NCBI GenBank assembly: GCA_041492755.1
Contig: JBGPXN010000112.1
Coordinates: 1 to 13,966, forward strand
DNA length: 13,966 bases
Direction of reading: 5' to 3'
Source of the DNA: Candidatus Methylomirabilia bacterium
Lineage (GTDB): Bacteria; Methylomirabilota; Methylomirabilia; Rokubacteriales; CSP1-6
The notes under the pieces were generated by a model that ran no database searches, was not told the origin of the DNA, and worked only from the letters and a program-made list of their open reading frames with translations. Made by a program: the position numbers and the translations under genes. Shown piece after piece: positions 13,214-13,966 of the stretch. Numbering within the stretch: position 1 is the stretch's first letter; each line of letters begins with the position of its first letter.

Positions 13214-13963
13214 ATGACGCGCCCCCGCCTCTACTACCGACCCGGCTGATCGTCGTGCGCCAAGACGAAGGAGCTGCTTTCGTCTTGGGGGGTCGAGTTC
13301 GACCCTGTCGACGTGCAGGCCGAGCCCGCCGCGATGGACGAGCTGCGGCGTCTCGGCGTGGCCCGGGTGCCGGCGGTCTCCGTCGGTGACCGCGTGGCCC
13401 ATGGCTGGAACCCGCCCGCCTACGCCGAGCTGCTCGGCATCCCGTACACGGCGCGCGAGGTGCTGGAGCCGCCGGTCCTGGCCGCGCGGCTCGACACCGT
13501 CCTGGCCACCAGCGAGTCGCTGGTCCGTCAGTTCAACGCGCGGCACGCCGCCCACATTCCGCCCGAACGGAAGCGCAGCGTCGGGGATCTGGGCTACCAC
13601 GTCTTCCGGCTCTCGCTGGCCTTCGTCGACGCCATGGACCGCGGCGAGTTCCCCGAGACGTGGCTGCTGGATGCGGCGCCACCCGATCTGGTCGACGGCC
13701 CCGCGATCGCCCGCTACGGCGCGCTCGTGCGCGGACGCCTGACCGGCTGGTTCGAGGGCGCCGCCCCGGACGAGTTCACGCGCGTGATCAAGGTCTACTA
13801 CGGCCCCCAGACCGGCCACGAGCTGCTGGAACGCACCGCGTGGCACGCCGCCCAGCACCTCCGCCAGCTCTACGTCCTCGCCGACCGCCTCGGCGTCACG
13901 CCGTCCGCGCCGCTGCCGGTGCAAGCGTTCGAGAGACTCCCGCTGCCGGAGGCCGTCTGGTAA
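13214..13963 (+). CDS. Putative selenoprotein: N-terminal glutaredoxin/NrdH-like domain with a UxxC motif (Sec12, Cys15) fused to a C-terminal DinB/YfiT-like domain; 249 aa
   Basis: AGGAG at 13201-13205 and ATG 13214 give MTRPRLYYRPG-(TGA 13247-13249)-SSCAKTKELLSSWGVEFDPVDV...ELRRLGVARVPAVSVGDRVAHGWNP, in frame with track ORF 13313..13963. The redoxin cis-Pro motif VP is present. The C-terminal part has SVGDLGYH and WHAAQHLRQL, giving a His129/His211/His215 triad. Confidence 0.85.
13260..13288 (+). promoter_or_regulatory. Candidate bacterial SECIS element (cis-acting Sec-insertion hairpin)
   Basis: Perfect 10-bp stem CCAAGACGAA (13260-13269) with TTCGTCTTGG (13279-13288), extended by G-U and G-C pairs, closing the loop AGCUG. 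It starts 10 nt after the in-frame TGA. Confidence 0.75.
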
Positions 13964-13966
13964 TCC

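Noticed and set aside
13247..13249. TGA read as Trp or Gly (genetic code 4 or 25), or a pseudogene
   Set aside because: TGA terminates pyk, the kinase and the crotonase normally. This single TGA sits at a catalytic Cys position and is followed by a SECIS-like stem, which favours Sec. A pseudogene is not formally excluded.
13313..13963. Stand-alone 216-aa DinB protein starting at GTG 13313
   Set aside because: This start falls in the middle of the glutaredoxin fold and has no clear RBS. The upstream AGGAG-ATG, the UxxC motif and the hairpin explain the region better.

Overview
High-GC bacterial chromosomal window with every real gene on the + strand. In order: the 3' end of a hydrophobic protein; uvrA (941 codons, interrupted by one in-frame TAG at a normally Gln position); a tandem pair of ~85-bp double-hairpin repeats; pyruvate kinase; a ~2570-aa membrane-anchored hybrid histidine kinase with 11 tandem GAF domains; a PaaG-like crotonase; and a last gene that the ORF track truncates. 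Read by hand, that last gene starts at ATG 13214 behind AGGAG and reads through an in-frame TGA in a glutaredoxin-type U-S-S-C motif. A strong hairpin begins 10 nt after the TGA, where a bacterial SECIS element would sit, and the redoxin is fused to a DinB/YfiT-type His-triad domain. This candidate Sec-glutaredoxin-DinB selenoprotein is the top finding. The GC content, multi-GAF kinase and repeat style suggest Candidatus Rokubacteria or a similar lineage, but that is an unverified inference. The long minus-strand ORFs are shadows of high-GC coding sequence.
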